Below, piece by piece: positions 26,097 through 39,314 of a stretch of DNA of 64,000 nt. Numbering within the stretch: the stretch's first letter is position 1; each line of letters starts with the position of its first letter. The DNA is taken from NCBI GenBank assembly GCA_013239625.1, contig MU054187.1, positions 17,352,711-17,416,710 on the forward strand, given 5' to 3'. Source of the stretch: Lama guanicoe (taxonomy: Eukaryota). The notes under the pieces are model-generated. The model saw only the letters and a program-made list of their open reading frames with translations, made no database searches and was not told where the DNA came from. The position numbers and the translations under genes are program-made.

Positions 26097-28489
26097 GGTC
26101 ATGGAGAAACTAGAGAAATATTTAAGAATGTCGGGATTCCGGCAAAGTGAGGGAGTGCCGCAGTCCTGCTCTCAGACTCCGTTTCAGCATCCCACCCTTT
26201 GCGCTCTGCTCTCTGAATAAGGAGGGCAAAGAGAAGGCAGAATGAAATGTTTCATTGGGAAAGTTATGTCCTCTTTTCCATCTCTGTTCTCCTTATTCGG
26301 TAATTCTAAAGCAGAAGGAACTAAAAGTCAGCACATGGACTGTTCTTAAAGACCCCTAGAAAGTGAAAAACAACCTATTTGAGTGAATTTTAATAATTTT
26401 CGTTAGTAAATATTTAGCCATAAGTTGAGGGTGCTTAAAGGAAAAATAATATGAAATATTATTTTTATTGTTATCGTTTTTATTGCCTAGTACCAGCGTT
26501 GGGCTCCCAGTTGTCTTGAGGGTGGTGAGTCTGGGAAGCCGATGGCAGCCCGGATTAAAGCCATTCAAACAGTGCGCTAACCAGAATGAGTCCTGGGCAC
26601 ACAGCACCACTAGCTGGAAGATGCTGTGGCACAATGGCAAATTCAGTTTATCTTGATTAACCATCTCGAGAAGTATACTTTTTGCCTAACTCTGCTTTAT
26701 TCTGAAATTAGGTTTTATCGCTGAGCGTTCATGCATATGCACATTCTTGTGAGTACAGGAGAGTTGAAGGCAGTTTTGCCATAAACCTTGCAGGTCAAAT
26801 TTTTACAACATTGTCATAAAGCAGGAATACCCTCCTCGCTTCTGAAGTTGGCTACACCTCACCATGGAATTAAAACTCTCAGTTTAATTATGTCTGTCAG
26901 TGGCTATTATTATTATTATTTTTTTTATAAATCACCTCGTGTAAACTGATCTCTATCTAATGAGAATAGCAATGGCCCATAGTTTTGTCTTTCAATGCTA
27001 GAAGCTTTTGTCCATTGATGGAGCGATTATAGTTGAGAGCATTTTAAGAGTTAAAATGTGCTTGAAGCTGTAAACGAGCATAATATTTAGGGAACTTTTA
27101 ATGTGTGAGCAGGTGCTAAATGATATACTTGGGTTACCTCTTTTTACCTAATGACCTTTTATATGTAGTTTAATAAACATTTCTTAAACTCTTCCGACTA
27201 GAAGAGGTGTCCTTTATCTAATTTCCTCTTCTGGGATTCATAGGAGACTATACAAGTAATGCTCCAATATTACTAGAATTCTCAGACTAGGAAATCCAAC
27301 AAGCTCTCAGGATAGCACGTTTCAGGGTTTAAGGGCAAGCACATTGAGGGTTTCTCTGCTTTCTTTAGTCCACATGTTTAACTTAATCTATACCCTCTTG
27401 CTTATTTCACTAAGGATGTTATGAATAACAAGACAAATAGAAAAATAAAAACTGCACCTTTTCCTTCAAGCCGTGAACTTTACACTTGCTTTGTCTCATT
27501 AAATTCTTTGTAATGATTCTTTGTAATTTGAGATTGCCTTCTCTGAAAAGGCTCAAATATATATAAGAAACATTTAAGTAAAGCAATGGAATGGAACACA
27601 TAGATAAGAAACTCGAGTGTAACTAATTTTTCCCTCTTCATCAAACAGCAGGTCCCTGTACTTCTAAATAAGATAGACTTGCAAAAAGAAGAGACTCACC
27701 CTAATGTTTATACTCAGCTTTGTTTTCTTATATAGACCCAATAAATACCATCTTATGGCTCATCCTGTCATCATGATTTACTTATCATGTATGAAATATT
27801 TTTTCCTACTTTTCCATGTGTAAAATAATGAACACATTGGAATTTTGATTGAAAACTTGACTAAACAAAAAGTTAAGAGCTAGATTTTCTTTTTTATATG
27901 TTTTCAGGAGAAAGTTTTAAAATACGTATTACAGATTGAGAAATATTTTCCTATACCACCAATCTTCATTATTTCATATGAGTTGCAGTTTAAAAATAGT
28001 AAGTCAAAAACCAGCCACCCATAAAGTCTATTTAGTGTAAGAGTCAAATGTATACATAATGTTGGAGGAAAACTTGCAATAAAAATGAACTTAAACCAAT
28101 TCAATACTTTCAAGCTTGTTGTGTGCAAGCTTGTTGGCTTCTGGTGCTCTTTCTTTAGACATGATCCTGTTCACGCAGCCCGCTTGCAGGACTACTGACA
28201 GGGAATCTGGGGGAAAGATCTAGCCATTTGTTAATTACTTATTCTTTATTCTTACTTTTTTAATCTATGAAAAGAATCAACAGGTTAGACCAGGCATTGT
28301 GTGATCAAAAGATTTGAGACATCTGCTTGGACTGGGGATCGGTGAGGCATGGGGGCACCTGGTGTAAAGGTTAAGTTAAACTCTAGCTTTGCTAAAGTGA
28401 TAAGACAAAGGGTTTCCTGCAAAAAGGTGCTTCCTGCAAAGAGCTGCTTACAAAATCTGAGTTCCCAAATCTTGTTCACTCCAATCAAC

Positions 28490-28518
28490 GTCACTGTCAC
28501 TGTCACTGTCACTGTCAC
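28490..28518. repeat. (GTCACT)n hexanucleotide repeat, about 4.8 units
   Basis: gtcactgtcactgtcactgtcactgtcac. Confidence 0.95.
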
Positions 28519-29639
28519 CTACCCCAACTCCAGTCTTTCATATCTACCTCCTTTAAGCACATATCAAGACCCTCCACACGTACAGTGTGGTGTGATTGGT
28601 GGCTCCCATTCACTATACCACTCAGGGCAGGTCTCTGATTGGTTCATGAGAGGAGAGAAAGTAGCCTGCTATTCATCTCATTGTTGTCAGTCATGTCTGA
28701 TAAATTTCAGTGACTTCTACCACTGAAGGCAATAAAGAGGTAACATATTTATATACTCCTGGCAGAATATCTGATCCTAGTAATTTCTTAAGAATCATGA
28801 ATGGAGCAGAGCAGGGACAACCTTCGTTGTCTTTTAGAGCCATTTGACAATCTCTAAGCTTCCTGGGAATCTTCCCATGTGCATGGGTGTTCTGCCCAAC
28901 TATCTTCCTCTGTATTTATTGGTTAATTAATTTATTTGTTATATGTTATTTGGGTGCTCCCTTTGAAAATAAAAATGTGTAATAACAACATAATGCATTT
29001 GGCCTGCTCTGGTTAAAGTTAAATACTGGCTTTTTAATTTTCACTCCAATAGAAGATATGTGACAAATGACATAGTAATTTTCCTATTTCTTCATATTCA
29101 TAAAACATTTATAATATGATTTTTACCTTCCCTTTGTTCTCAATTAAATGAAATGCTCCAATACAATTAATGTGCTCTTGCAATTTAGGTTTTCTTTAGA
29201 GGTTTTTCTTGTCTCTGATTAACAGCATTTTCCATCCATTCTGAGAACCCCCGACTGCTATTCAGAATGTTCCATTATGCCTGCCAGCTATAAATACAAT
29301 TGTGAACCAATATCATTTTAATTGTTTCACTAATAACTTGTTTTAAATGATTCAACAGTCATCAGGAAAGATAAGTGCTCTTGTACCCTGCAGGCTCGTG
29401 GGCCTGATGGTACTAGGCAGTGCAGAGTGCTGTATCAGAATAATGAAACCATATGCAGAAGATAATGACAAAGCACTCCCATTGCTGTAAAGATAAATGA
29501 AAACAGTAGATCTTCTTCCTCAGTAATATAACATCCATTTCTAGCTCCCATTTCAATCATTAGACCTTCCAAACAGATTAATGCACAAATACACATATGC
29601 AACATGTCCCATCGTAATAGCCATATGCTCCCATTTTTC

Positions 29640-30200
29640 CAGGCCGACTGTGAATGATGGAGTTAACGAGCTTTACAAATGCTCTTGTTAATTAACAAAA
29701 ATTGTTACTTTCTCATTGTGTGGGGGGTGCTTTATAAATTAGACTTAATTACAACAGATAATTGCAACTGCCAGACACGGAGCAACTCCTTCTCATTCTG
29801 TTCCTTCAGTGGCAAATCAACAATTGCAACCCTTGCCTATTTGTGTAGATGAATTTAATAAGCAAACAGCCCTTTTATGTTAATGGTTTACTGGCATTCA
29901 TGGGCCTGGCAGGAGAAATGTACTAGGGGGAGGGCTTGCTAATGGCAGCACATAATCACATTAATTAAAATATAACTGCCATTTAAAGATTTGTAGTGTG
30001 GAATTAGAGCATGTTGGGAACTGAGAAAATCAAGCTAGAGTGCATATTAGAACCATTACTCTGCGCTCCCTGCACAGCAGTCAGCAACCTCATATGTCAT
30101 AAATGTAATTTATGACTGCTGTTTGCTTTGAAATATATGTTTTTAGTTCACTCATTAGGATGTAAAAATTTGCAGTGTCTGCTTCAGGAGGTTCAAAATA
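29640..30200. promoter_or_regulatory. Candidate conserved non-coding element / developmental enhancer
   Basis: No recognisable repeat; many TAAT/ATTA cores; palindrome ttgttaattaacaa (29685-29698); inverted GTCATAAA pair (30096-30116). Conservation not tested. Confidence 0.4.
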
Positions 30201-31229
30201 AATTCATGAAAAGCAGAGCCCCATGATCTGCTTTTAACACATCCCTCAACAATGATTTTTTTAATTATGACTTTTATAATTTCTTGGAGTTAGACTGGCT
30301 CCTTTTCTGAAGACAAACTGAAGTCTCCGTGCTACCGTAAATTGTGTCCTTTTAGTCATATCCCTATCACTGAGTGGAATTTTTATTGGGTCTTTAATAA
30401 ATATGGACCTTAATTTTGTTGCTTTGTTCTAAAAAAGGTCAGGGGGAAACTGTTAAATGCTTTAAAGTTGGGCACATACAGAGATGGTTGAGAAAAGTTC
30501 TTGTAAAGCTTTTCAATTAATCTGTCCCTGAGACCTGCTCATTAGTTTTAAAACTATCATTGATCCAAATCAGACCCATTTATACCGCACCCACAAGGAG
30601 GCTCTGAATGCACTAGCCCTAGAGGAATCGCCAAGGGGCCATGGTGATCCCTTGGGAAACAATGCTTAATTGATTCTTAACAATGTCAAAAGGATTCTAG
30701 TTTCAGGAACCAGCCAACTATGACCAAATCCCACTTTACCAACGCTTTAAATCTTCAAGAGTGTAAAAACTGACAACGAAGTTTTATTCCCCTTTAACTA
30801 ACCTGTAAAGTCCCCAAATTCTAGAACTACCATTTGAGCCTACTAAGTTGAGGGAATTAACAGAAATACAGAGTGTGTGACTCCTGCAACTCCATGTGGC
30901 TATTTTGGTAAACTGTTTGGACAGCTTTCCAACACCAGTAACTTGAGTATGTTACAGCTAAAGACATGAATGCAGTGCCCACCCCGGAAAACCGACAGCC
31001 CAGCCACACTAATGACAGACCTATTCATGTGGAGTCCAGGGTCATGGTTGATATTGTTTCTCAAGCTAAACTTTTGTTTCACTGAGGAATCAGGGCTTCT
31101 TGGAGCCAAGGGTGGCTGCCCCTGAATCTTCAGCCCTGTAAGCTTTCAATAGGCTCCTTAGGTATAAAGGAAGAAAGCAGGCCCATTCTGGCAACTTTTC
31201 CCATAGAATAAGTCATTAAAAATGCATTG

Positions 31230-31685
31230 AGTATCTACAGATCTTGAACTCCCAATTTACCCCTTCCCATCCCCTTTCCTCCCTAGCAACCATTAGTTTG
31301 TTTTCTATCTCTGAGTCTGTTTCTATTTTGTAAATAAGTTCATTTGTGTCTTTTTCTTTTAGAATCCACATATAAGTGATATTATATGGTATTTTTCTTT
31401 CTCTGTCTGACTTGCTTCACTTAAGAATGATGATCTTCAGATCCATACATGCTGCTGCAAATGACATTATTTTATTCCTTTTATGGCTGAGTAGTATTCC
31501 ATTGTATGACTATACCACAAATAAGTTTCTTCAGTATTGTACAGGGAACTATATTTAATGTCACCTATAATTAAAAAGAATATGAAAAGGAATATATGTA
31601 TGTACATATATGACTGAAACATTATGCTGTACACCAGAAATTGACACAACATTGTAAACTGACTATACTTCAACTAAAAAAAAAA
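31230..31685 (+). mobile_element. 5'-inverted L1 (antisense 31230-31518, sense 31519-31685 with poly-A)
   Basis: Both arms align to adjacent parts of the L1 3' region seen at 47069-47439 and 25450-25946; about 20 bp missing between the arms. Confidence 0.92.
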
Positions 31686-31689
31686 TTTT

Positions 31690-32130
31690 TTAAATCCGAC
31701 TTGTGAAGTGCTAAGATAGAAATGGGTTCTGGGTTGGGTTATTCAAAAAATAAAGAGGTGCTTAAACATCCGAGGAGAAAGGAGCACGTGTTTGAAATTT
31801 ACAAAAGGTTGTATGAGACAGAATGATGTGTGTAGAAAAATGTATGTGTTCTTTACCACCAGGGCCTCTGGTGGGAAGCAAGGAAGTGGCAGGAGATGAT
31901 GTACAGGAGCTTAATCCCCTGCCTCCTATGGGGCACTGGGAGAAGGGACAGGAGGTCAGGTTTGTACATGAGACTGACCATTATGTGATCATTCAGAAGA
32001 CAGATTAATGGGACAAAGTTTGAGGTGGAGAAACAAGTCCAGAAGCTGGTGTAAGAGGGCAGCAATAGTCAGAATAAAGAGGAGCAACTTAGGAAAGTTG
32101 ACACGTGAGGAATGAGGAGAGAATAATCTA
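31690..32130 (-). mobile_element. L2 fragment, decayed
   Basis: Purine-rich L2-like antisense sequence; L2-like 3' end 'tcattaaaaatgcattgagtatctac' lies on the other side of the inverted L1. Confidence 0.4.
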
Positions 32131-32261
32131 CTCTGCTTCCTAGACTTCTGATGTAGAGGCTGGCTTTCTGGTGTCTCTGACTGATCTTTTTCCTTTGCTT
32201 ACTTTGACTTCTGCTTTACTTTGCAGATGCAAGAACTTCAGTTTTGATTTAGTACTTTGGA

Positions 32262-32437
32262 GATAGTATAGAATATAAGTTAAAATAAATGACTTTGGAG
32301 TAAAACAAATCTGACTTGAGGTCCGGGCTGTATCAATTTAGTTACTAACTGAGATACTAGTTTATTTGCTGGCTGTATAAAATATTTGGGCAAGACATTA
32401 ACTTCTCTCAGACTCAGTTTCTGAATTTGTAAAATGG
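32262..32437 (+). mobile_element. MIR SINE
   Basis: 'gactttggagt...ttgggcaagacattaacttctctcagactcagtttctgaatttgtaaaatgg'. Confidence 0.75.
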
Positions 32438-34060
32438 TGTTTTTCTGTCAAGTCAATACTGTAGTCATTGAGCTGGATTTAGAAGGTGGGTAGCGTGGTA
32501 CCTGGAGCATGATAAGTGATCAGAAAAGGGTGTCTGCTATCACTGTTGCTCAACAAGAAATGAGATTAAGGGAAACTTCAGCTAAAAGTGAAGGTTTCAA
32601 TATAAGCCTCTCTGCTCTTGGGATCACGAATGATACTCCTCTTGTCTCCCTGAGCAAATGGTGTCATGTTGGCATACAACAGGTACTTAGGAAAAGTTAT
32701 CCAATATATGTAAAAATGAATGGCTGTCCCCATCCATCCTCCTGCAGATAAAGGGGACTCCAACTCACTGTAACAGTCCTGTATTTAAGCTGAGAGAAAA
32801 TTCTACCTGCAGCATTGCATGCTCCACTAAATGTTAAATGACAAGCAGAGTTTCCAGTAAGGAGACTGGGGAAGGCCATTGCTCCACGGGCACTGAAGCC
32901 AGGTTCATTGCAATTCAGCACCATAGCAAGGGGCCTCGAGATGCTTAATTTAGTACTATCATTATTGTCTTTATATGAAAAGAGACTTAGAATTGGAAAC
33001 AGCCACTCATTGGCTTTCCTGGAGTCCCTCATTCCAGGAATGGGTAAGTGGTTTCGCTGGGCCTCACTGGCATAGGGGTCTTCATATACCAACTTCGCAT
33101 GGTAGCAGATACCCCACAACTGGTTACAGCTGTCAGGCTGGAAAGGTGAGGATTATTTCCCAATTCTAAGTATAAAGATGAAGCTGAGTCACTATCAAAG
33201 TTTGCTTTCCATTTGAAAAAGACATTTTGGAACCAAAAATAGGGAGCTTCTGGGAATCAAATTTCTGCCTCAGTTCTAACTTTTACATTCTTTTCAAGAA
33301 GTATTTTTCAAACAGATGGGCAAGTAGGCAATGTTTTGTAAATGAATCACTATGTTTTAATTGGGCAGCCCCTGTGTTCATAACATAATAATATAATAGG
33401 AGACACTGAAGCCTATGAGGTACCCCATCACCTGTGAGATAATACTGAAACAATGCCAGCACAGCGAAGCATAACAAAGCGTCAACTGAAACAGGAATAT
33501 GATGCCGAAATGTCGCAGGTTGCTCAGGGACAATTAAACTATAAGTGACTATGGTTGTAAGATACCTGGTTCTTTAGAAAATAAGACCGAACATCAAGGT
33601 CTTCACCTCATGTCTTGAACAACCGTCTGGAAGCACGAGATTGCCCCATGGCAGCAGACTTCACCGCCATGGTGGGAAGGGAATCCACAGCCCTGACTCT
33701 GACAGCTTTCCGATTTTGGCAGCGCTCACAGAATTCTGATTCAACTAGAAATAAAATGACCTGGATGAACACCCAACCCAAGACCAAGTGTCAAGAGGTG
33801 AAGAGCAATGTCTGCCTAATAATTCCCCTTCATGCTGCTCACACACAGGTGCATATATATTCCTTTGGGTCTCCTTGTGCTGTGATTCCATATTATTTTG
33901 TTAATTCTCTTATTGGAGTATTTAATGATATATATGTGTGTCTGCATCTCTATCTGTCATCTATCTATATCTATAGTAGTTTATCATTTCCTTGATCATT
34001 AGAACATTAGAAGAATGCCTACTGCATAAGAGAAACTCTATAAAGCGTACTTGTACATTT

Positions 34061-34249
34061 CTATATACAAAAATAGATTTTAAAGAGTTTCTGCTATATA
34101 GCACAGGGAACTTGTTCAATATCTTGTAATATCCTTTAATGAAAAAGAATATGAAAATGAATATATGTATGTACATGCGTGACTGGGACATTGCGCTGTA
34201 CACCGGCAACTGACACGTTATAACTGACTATACTTCAATTAAAAAAAAA
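34061..34249 (+). mobile_element. L1 3' UTR end with poly-A
   Basis: Closely matches 3463-3646 and 25745-25946; degenerate TSD tacttgtacattt / tactgtgcattt. Confidence 0.92.
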
Positions 34250-35744
34250 TACTGTGCATTTAATGGAGGGGCTTTATCTATAAGGTTAAATGTTTTGAGA
34301 TTATGGTTGGTCTAGATAAAAGATGTAGTTGTTTGGCAGGAACCATAACATATTCTCTGAGCAATAAAACTACTCAGAATCTTCTGTTTTCATATTGTGG
34401 ACTGAGTCTATGTTTCTAGTCTCCCACTTGCGCTCCAGACCTTCAGAAAAGATCGATACGAGACTTACTTTACAAACCATAACTGAGCAAAAAATTGAGA
34501 AAATTACCTGCTTAATTGAACAAAGAACAATATGCAGGAAATCATATACTAGATGGATAGAAGAAGACAAGATCAGAGGGAAAATTTTGACAAATGTAAT
34601 TAAAGATGAAAATCATTTCCATCTGTTTCAGCTAGGGACACAAGAAGATACAATAATTGCCAAAAATATTTACATTCTAATGTGTGATGTTAAACCGTGC
34701 ATGAGGAACATGATAAGAAATTATAAAATGTGTTCTGCCAGCTGTTATTTGTCATCATCCTACAGTGAGCAGAAAGGAGGGGGAGGCCTCTAGAGGGGAA
34801 TATTTGCAGATGCTGGTCAGCATCCTGTGAGAGAAGCAAGGGTTTTGCAAGGAAGAGCACGGTACCCGCCACAGGCTCTCTCCAAAGTGCTCAGGGAGAT
34901 TGGATTGATGTGCTCTGGAACTTGGAAGGTGCAGACCGGTGTTTGACTTCTACAAGAGACTTGTCATGACAATTGCTGGACTGGAGCTGGCAGACAAAGG
35001 AGAAGGGAGGCTATTAAGAGGAAGCTACTGTCTACAGATGATCAGCTTTCCTGAGGACCAGATGTGGGCCCGTGTGAGGGAGTGCCTGGAGTGTTCCTCA
35101 AAGGGAAGCTGCCCAAGAAGAACACTTGAAAAGTGTAAACTATCCCAAACAAAAGGATATGCTGCCAAAAGCCTAGAGGAGGGGAGAGATTTTCTGAGGC
35201 CAGCTAGAGGAGATTTATGTCCCATAGTCTTAGGAACTGAAGGTCAGGCCCTCTAAAGGAGGTGCCAATCTTACCAAGGAAGGGAAGGGTCATTTTGGAA
35301 TACGAGCAATTTTGTGAAAAATGTATAAACAAATGAGTATTCTCAGACTATGCATAAGAGTTTGACATATTACAGACATTATCTCAACTTCATTCTCTCT
35401 CTTAATTTTTTTGTCAAGTTGAACTGTTGCAATTAAAAAGAAGTGTTAATTTCTGACAAATGGCTTATTTATATAAATCTGTCTGTTTTTCTAATTGATT
35501 ATTTTATGTAAAACATGAAGTCATTACTATTATGTATTCATTAGTACCTACAACTTTTTAATATGAAGTTATTCACATAATTTCATTTAATAAATTTTCC
35601 ATCAAACTTAAACATTTTAGACCACACTCCTTTCACTCACTCCTACTGTCGAAGTTGTTCCTTTTATTTTTCTCAGGCAGAGAATCAGCGTTGTTTAGAA
35701 ATACAGAACCGATATATCTGACTTCTATCCAAACTAACCTAAAC

Positions 35745-35838
35745 ATGGAAATATCCTTCACAGACAAAGAAATAGTGTTTAACCAGCTATCTGGGCATCC
35801 CTTGGCCCAGACAAGTTGACACAGAATTAACCATCATA
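35745..35838 (-). mobile_element. ERVL MLT2 LTR 5' fragment
   Basis: 'ccagctatctgggcatcccttggcccagacaagttgacacagaattaaccatca' is the antisense of the recalled MLT2 start. Confidence 0.85.
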
Positions 35839-35894
35839 CACATATTGTGAGCATATATGTGCCTTGAAATCCAAACTGGACATGCTTTAGAAGA

Positions 35895-36455
35895 GAGTTT
35901 CATAAACTTTTTCTGTAACAAAAATAAATAAGAAACTCCCCTTTTCTACTGTTCAGCATTTAAGGTTTTGCAGACAGAATTTAAAATCGAGGATATTATA
36001 AAAATACATAAGAGAGAACAGATCCCAACAAGTTTCAAAATTTCATAATTGAATAAAATTATTTTTTTGCAACACAAGCTGACTAATGAGAATAATTCTT
36101 TTCTGTTGGGATAGCGTTTCATTTAATTGGGATTCAGAGGCAGTGTTCCCCATCATCGAAATCATTTGCAGACTGCAAATGTTCATCTGTTACTAATGAT
36201 CTGTTATGAGATTTTACATATTTCATCCTTGAAAATATGTGTGTTCCATCCCACACCATGGCTTAGAGTGCTGTGAGTTTTAACTGCATCCCATTGATTT
36301 GCCGTGCACCAGGCATCAGTGCAAAGTGATGTGACCTCCACACACACACAGTCTCTGAGGCAGATATACAACCCTGCCACTGTGGCATAAAAACCACCCT
36401 AGATAAATGCGTGTGCCCATGTTCTAATAACTTTCTTTTTGGACACTGAAATTTT
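35895..36455. mobile_element. hAT-Charlie DNA transposon relic (MER58/Cheshire-like)
   Basis: 'aaactttttctgtaa', 'aaatcgaggatattat', 'tgcaaatgttcatctgtta' and 'tgttctaataact...ggacactgaaattt' resemble recalled MER58/Cheshire segments. Confidence 0.6.
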
Positions 36456-36538
36456 TCTAAATATTCACTTAAATACAGAGTAGAAGCTCGTCATCACCAA
36501 GACTGGAACAAAATTAATATGGCAGTATTGAATTTTAC

Positions 36539-36639
36539 TTTTTCTCTCTTTTTTTTCCCCTGGATGGAGACACTGGACTGAACCCAGGACCTCATACATG
36601 CCAAGCACATGCTCTACCACTGAGCTATACCTGCCACCC
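36539..36639 (-). mobile_element. tRNA-Ala-derived SINE (Vic-1-like), probably inside an old L1MC-like fragment (~36480-36715)
   Basis: 'gaacccaggacctcatacatgccaagcacatgctctaccactgagctatac' with T-rich tail; short TSD attttac. Confidence 0.9.
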
Positions 36640-39314
36640 AGATTTTACCCACTGGAATAAAATACATATCCATGAGTCTCTATTGATATAAATCATCAAA
36701 TAAGAAATTCATTCATATTTTCCAAGAAGTACCATTTGGCCACACCTCTTAGATTTTCATATATAAAGATCTCTGACTGGTCTTTAGTTTCTTAAAGGAG
36801 TTCTTCACTTGAAGAAGTCATGTAACACTTTTTGGGAAAATTGCCTTAAGTGACTGCATAATTCTTTTTATAACTAATAAAACAGTGTGTAGCAACAATG
36901 CATAAATACTGAGTCCATACCTCTGTGTTTAGACCAGAAGGTACGTGTCAGATCTCCAGGCAGGATGCTTCACGCGGACCAAAGAGCGCGTAATCTTTGC
37001 ACGTTATCATTCAGACTGCTCAGCTCATCCCCCTCCGCAGCCCCGCCTCTTCAAAAATCTATAAGCTGATGTCACACTCAGACTCAGCGTGGGACTCCAC
37101 TCAGATGTTGCTTTTGATAACTACTTGTCCTCTTTCCGGCCTTTCTACGAAAACCCTTTCATCTTCCTCAAGGCGGTAACATTCCACAAACTTTCTACTG
37201 AAACAGTCAAAACTTTTCTCTCGTGGTTTGCTCTTTAAGCTGTGTGAGAAACAAACAAATAAATACATAAATAAATAAAAGAACCAGACCTAGGAACAGT
37301 AGCTAGAGCATTCGTGAGCAATGCTGCAGGATGCCGGAAAGATGGTTTCTCTGTACCCCAAAGATCCCACGTTGAAATGTCCAGCTGCGGCCCATCCTCC
37401 CCACAGGAGGACAGCAAATTACCTGGAGAACGGCTCAGGTGAGGTCCCCCCACCTAGAAGAATCCTCTGATCATCTGTGAAAATATTGCCGTTAATGATG
37501 CTCTTTGTGATGACGGGCATGCTTTCATCAGCAAAGCACTGCTATGACACCGGGCAGCGCAGACACATTACCCCTGACCCTGGGCTTTTGTGGAGGTAGA
37601 CTGACTGCACTTTTTGCATAAGGTCTCCTTTGGTTCTGTTTGCCTCATGCTGGTTGGCAGATCTTTTTCTTTTTCTTTTTGCTCTGTTTTGTTTTAACTC
37701 CAATTTCCTAACCTTGCAGCTGAGAAGAATTCTTTTTGGATTCTACCAATATGTTCAATCAGGAGAACCATGACTTTGAAAATCCAATGACCTACATCAC
37801 CAGTCTGCAAGAACATTTTTAATACTAATTTCTAGTACCTGTGAATCAGTCACGTATACTTTAAAAGGAAAATGGGGAAAACCACCTCAGGAGTTAATGG
37901 ACAAGGGCTATTTTCATGGAGGATACTTTAAACATTATTTCAGCCTGAAATATTCACTAGTTCTATTGTTGGTTAAATATTTATGACACCAGACCATTTC
38001 AAGTATTAATAAACATAGTTTTGTCTTACTGTTTAGATGAAGTGGGGTTTTTCTAGGAGAACATGCAGGACTTTGATATTTTTATTGATAACTTGAATCT
38101 TATGGAAAATAAGTTACACTTCACTCTATTTTTACATTTTGTTTATACCAGTTTCAAAAGATAATTAATATAGGTAAAAGAATAAGCACAAACATATTTG
38201 TATCCATTAATAATACTTTAAAATTAGGAGTGTTGAGTTTTCAGTCATTTGAACATGTATTATCAACTCAAGACAATATATTAGCTTTTTAAAGTCTATT
38301 ATACTTTCAGAGGAAGAACAGTAAGGATGAGATAGAATTCCATAGTATTAAAGGAAGAAGATATCAAATAAACAGGCTTATATGTTGAAAACCTAATTTT
38401 GAAACGGGAACTCTGAAAGTATTTCTAGATTTATTTGGCTAAAATGTTATTCCGTAGCTATTTTCCTTTCATTTTAACTGAAAGTTTGTCTTCTTAGAGT
38501 TCTTTTTCCCTCATAACCAGGCTATGTTTTCAGGCTTTATAAGTATTGGGGAAAATGCCAGATCTTTTCTGACTCATCTGATGCAAGGCGTATTCCCCAA
38601 TCGTAATCATTTGTCATAGTCCCAACCCTCTGCTACAATCTGTGACACAAATTTAAACTGATATTTCTCTCACATCGTTGAAGAGCAGAGCTGGCTCTAA
38701 ATACAGATGTGTGCTGTACAAAAGAAAAAGAGGGAAGCAGCTGGCATCCAGGAATAAGAAATAATTAAAGCCCATAGACCTACGTAGTAAATGACTTTAG
38801 TCACAACAGTTTACTTTGTCTTTGCATTTATTGTTCACATATTCACACCACCATCTCTGCTGCACCACACTTAGCCACAGCTCAGTTGAAGATGAGGTTA
38901 ATCCTGGAGCAAAGTGATGATTTAACCATTAGCGGAAGGTAAACAAATAGTTTAACTGTCATGGCTGAAATATAAATAAATACTAATCTGAGGCATGAGG
39001 GACTAACATATTGCTCAAAGAAACAGTAAAATGAACAAATCATTTTTTTTCCAATTTTTACAGACTGTTTTCATCAACAACTATGAGGCCAAAGCAGCCA
39101 GCAAATTCACCGAATTAAAACTGAAAATCAACTGGGAATCAAACATGTTGTTAGATATGTGTAAACACTAGAGAAATTATTAAATGACTCTGTGAGGCAT
39201 TTTGTAAATGTGTGAGACACTTTGTAAATTTAGTCAATATTCACAGGGGTCTTCAATAAACATGTTTCGTTGCTGTTAAATTAAGGCAAATAACCAAGCC
39301 ATCAGGAAAGTAGA

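Noticed and set aside
32914..32935. REST/NRSF-like ttcagcacc (also ctcagcaccgatgacaa near 2789)
   Set aside because: Only the left half-site matches; the GGACAG right half is absent or mismatched.
32697..35256. Cluster of 105-140 aa ORFs (32697, 33615, 34395, 34939)
   Set aside because: No domain resemblance, several non-ATG starts, and lengths attainable by chance. 34760-35300 may be an old LTR, but I cannot name it.
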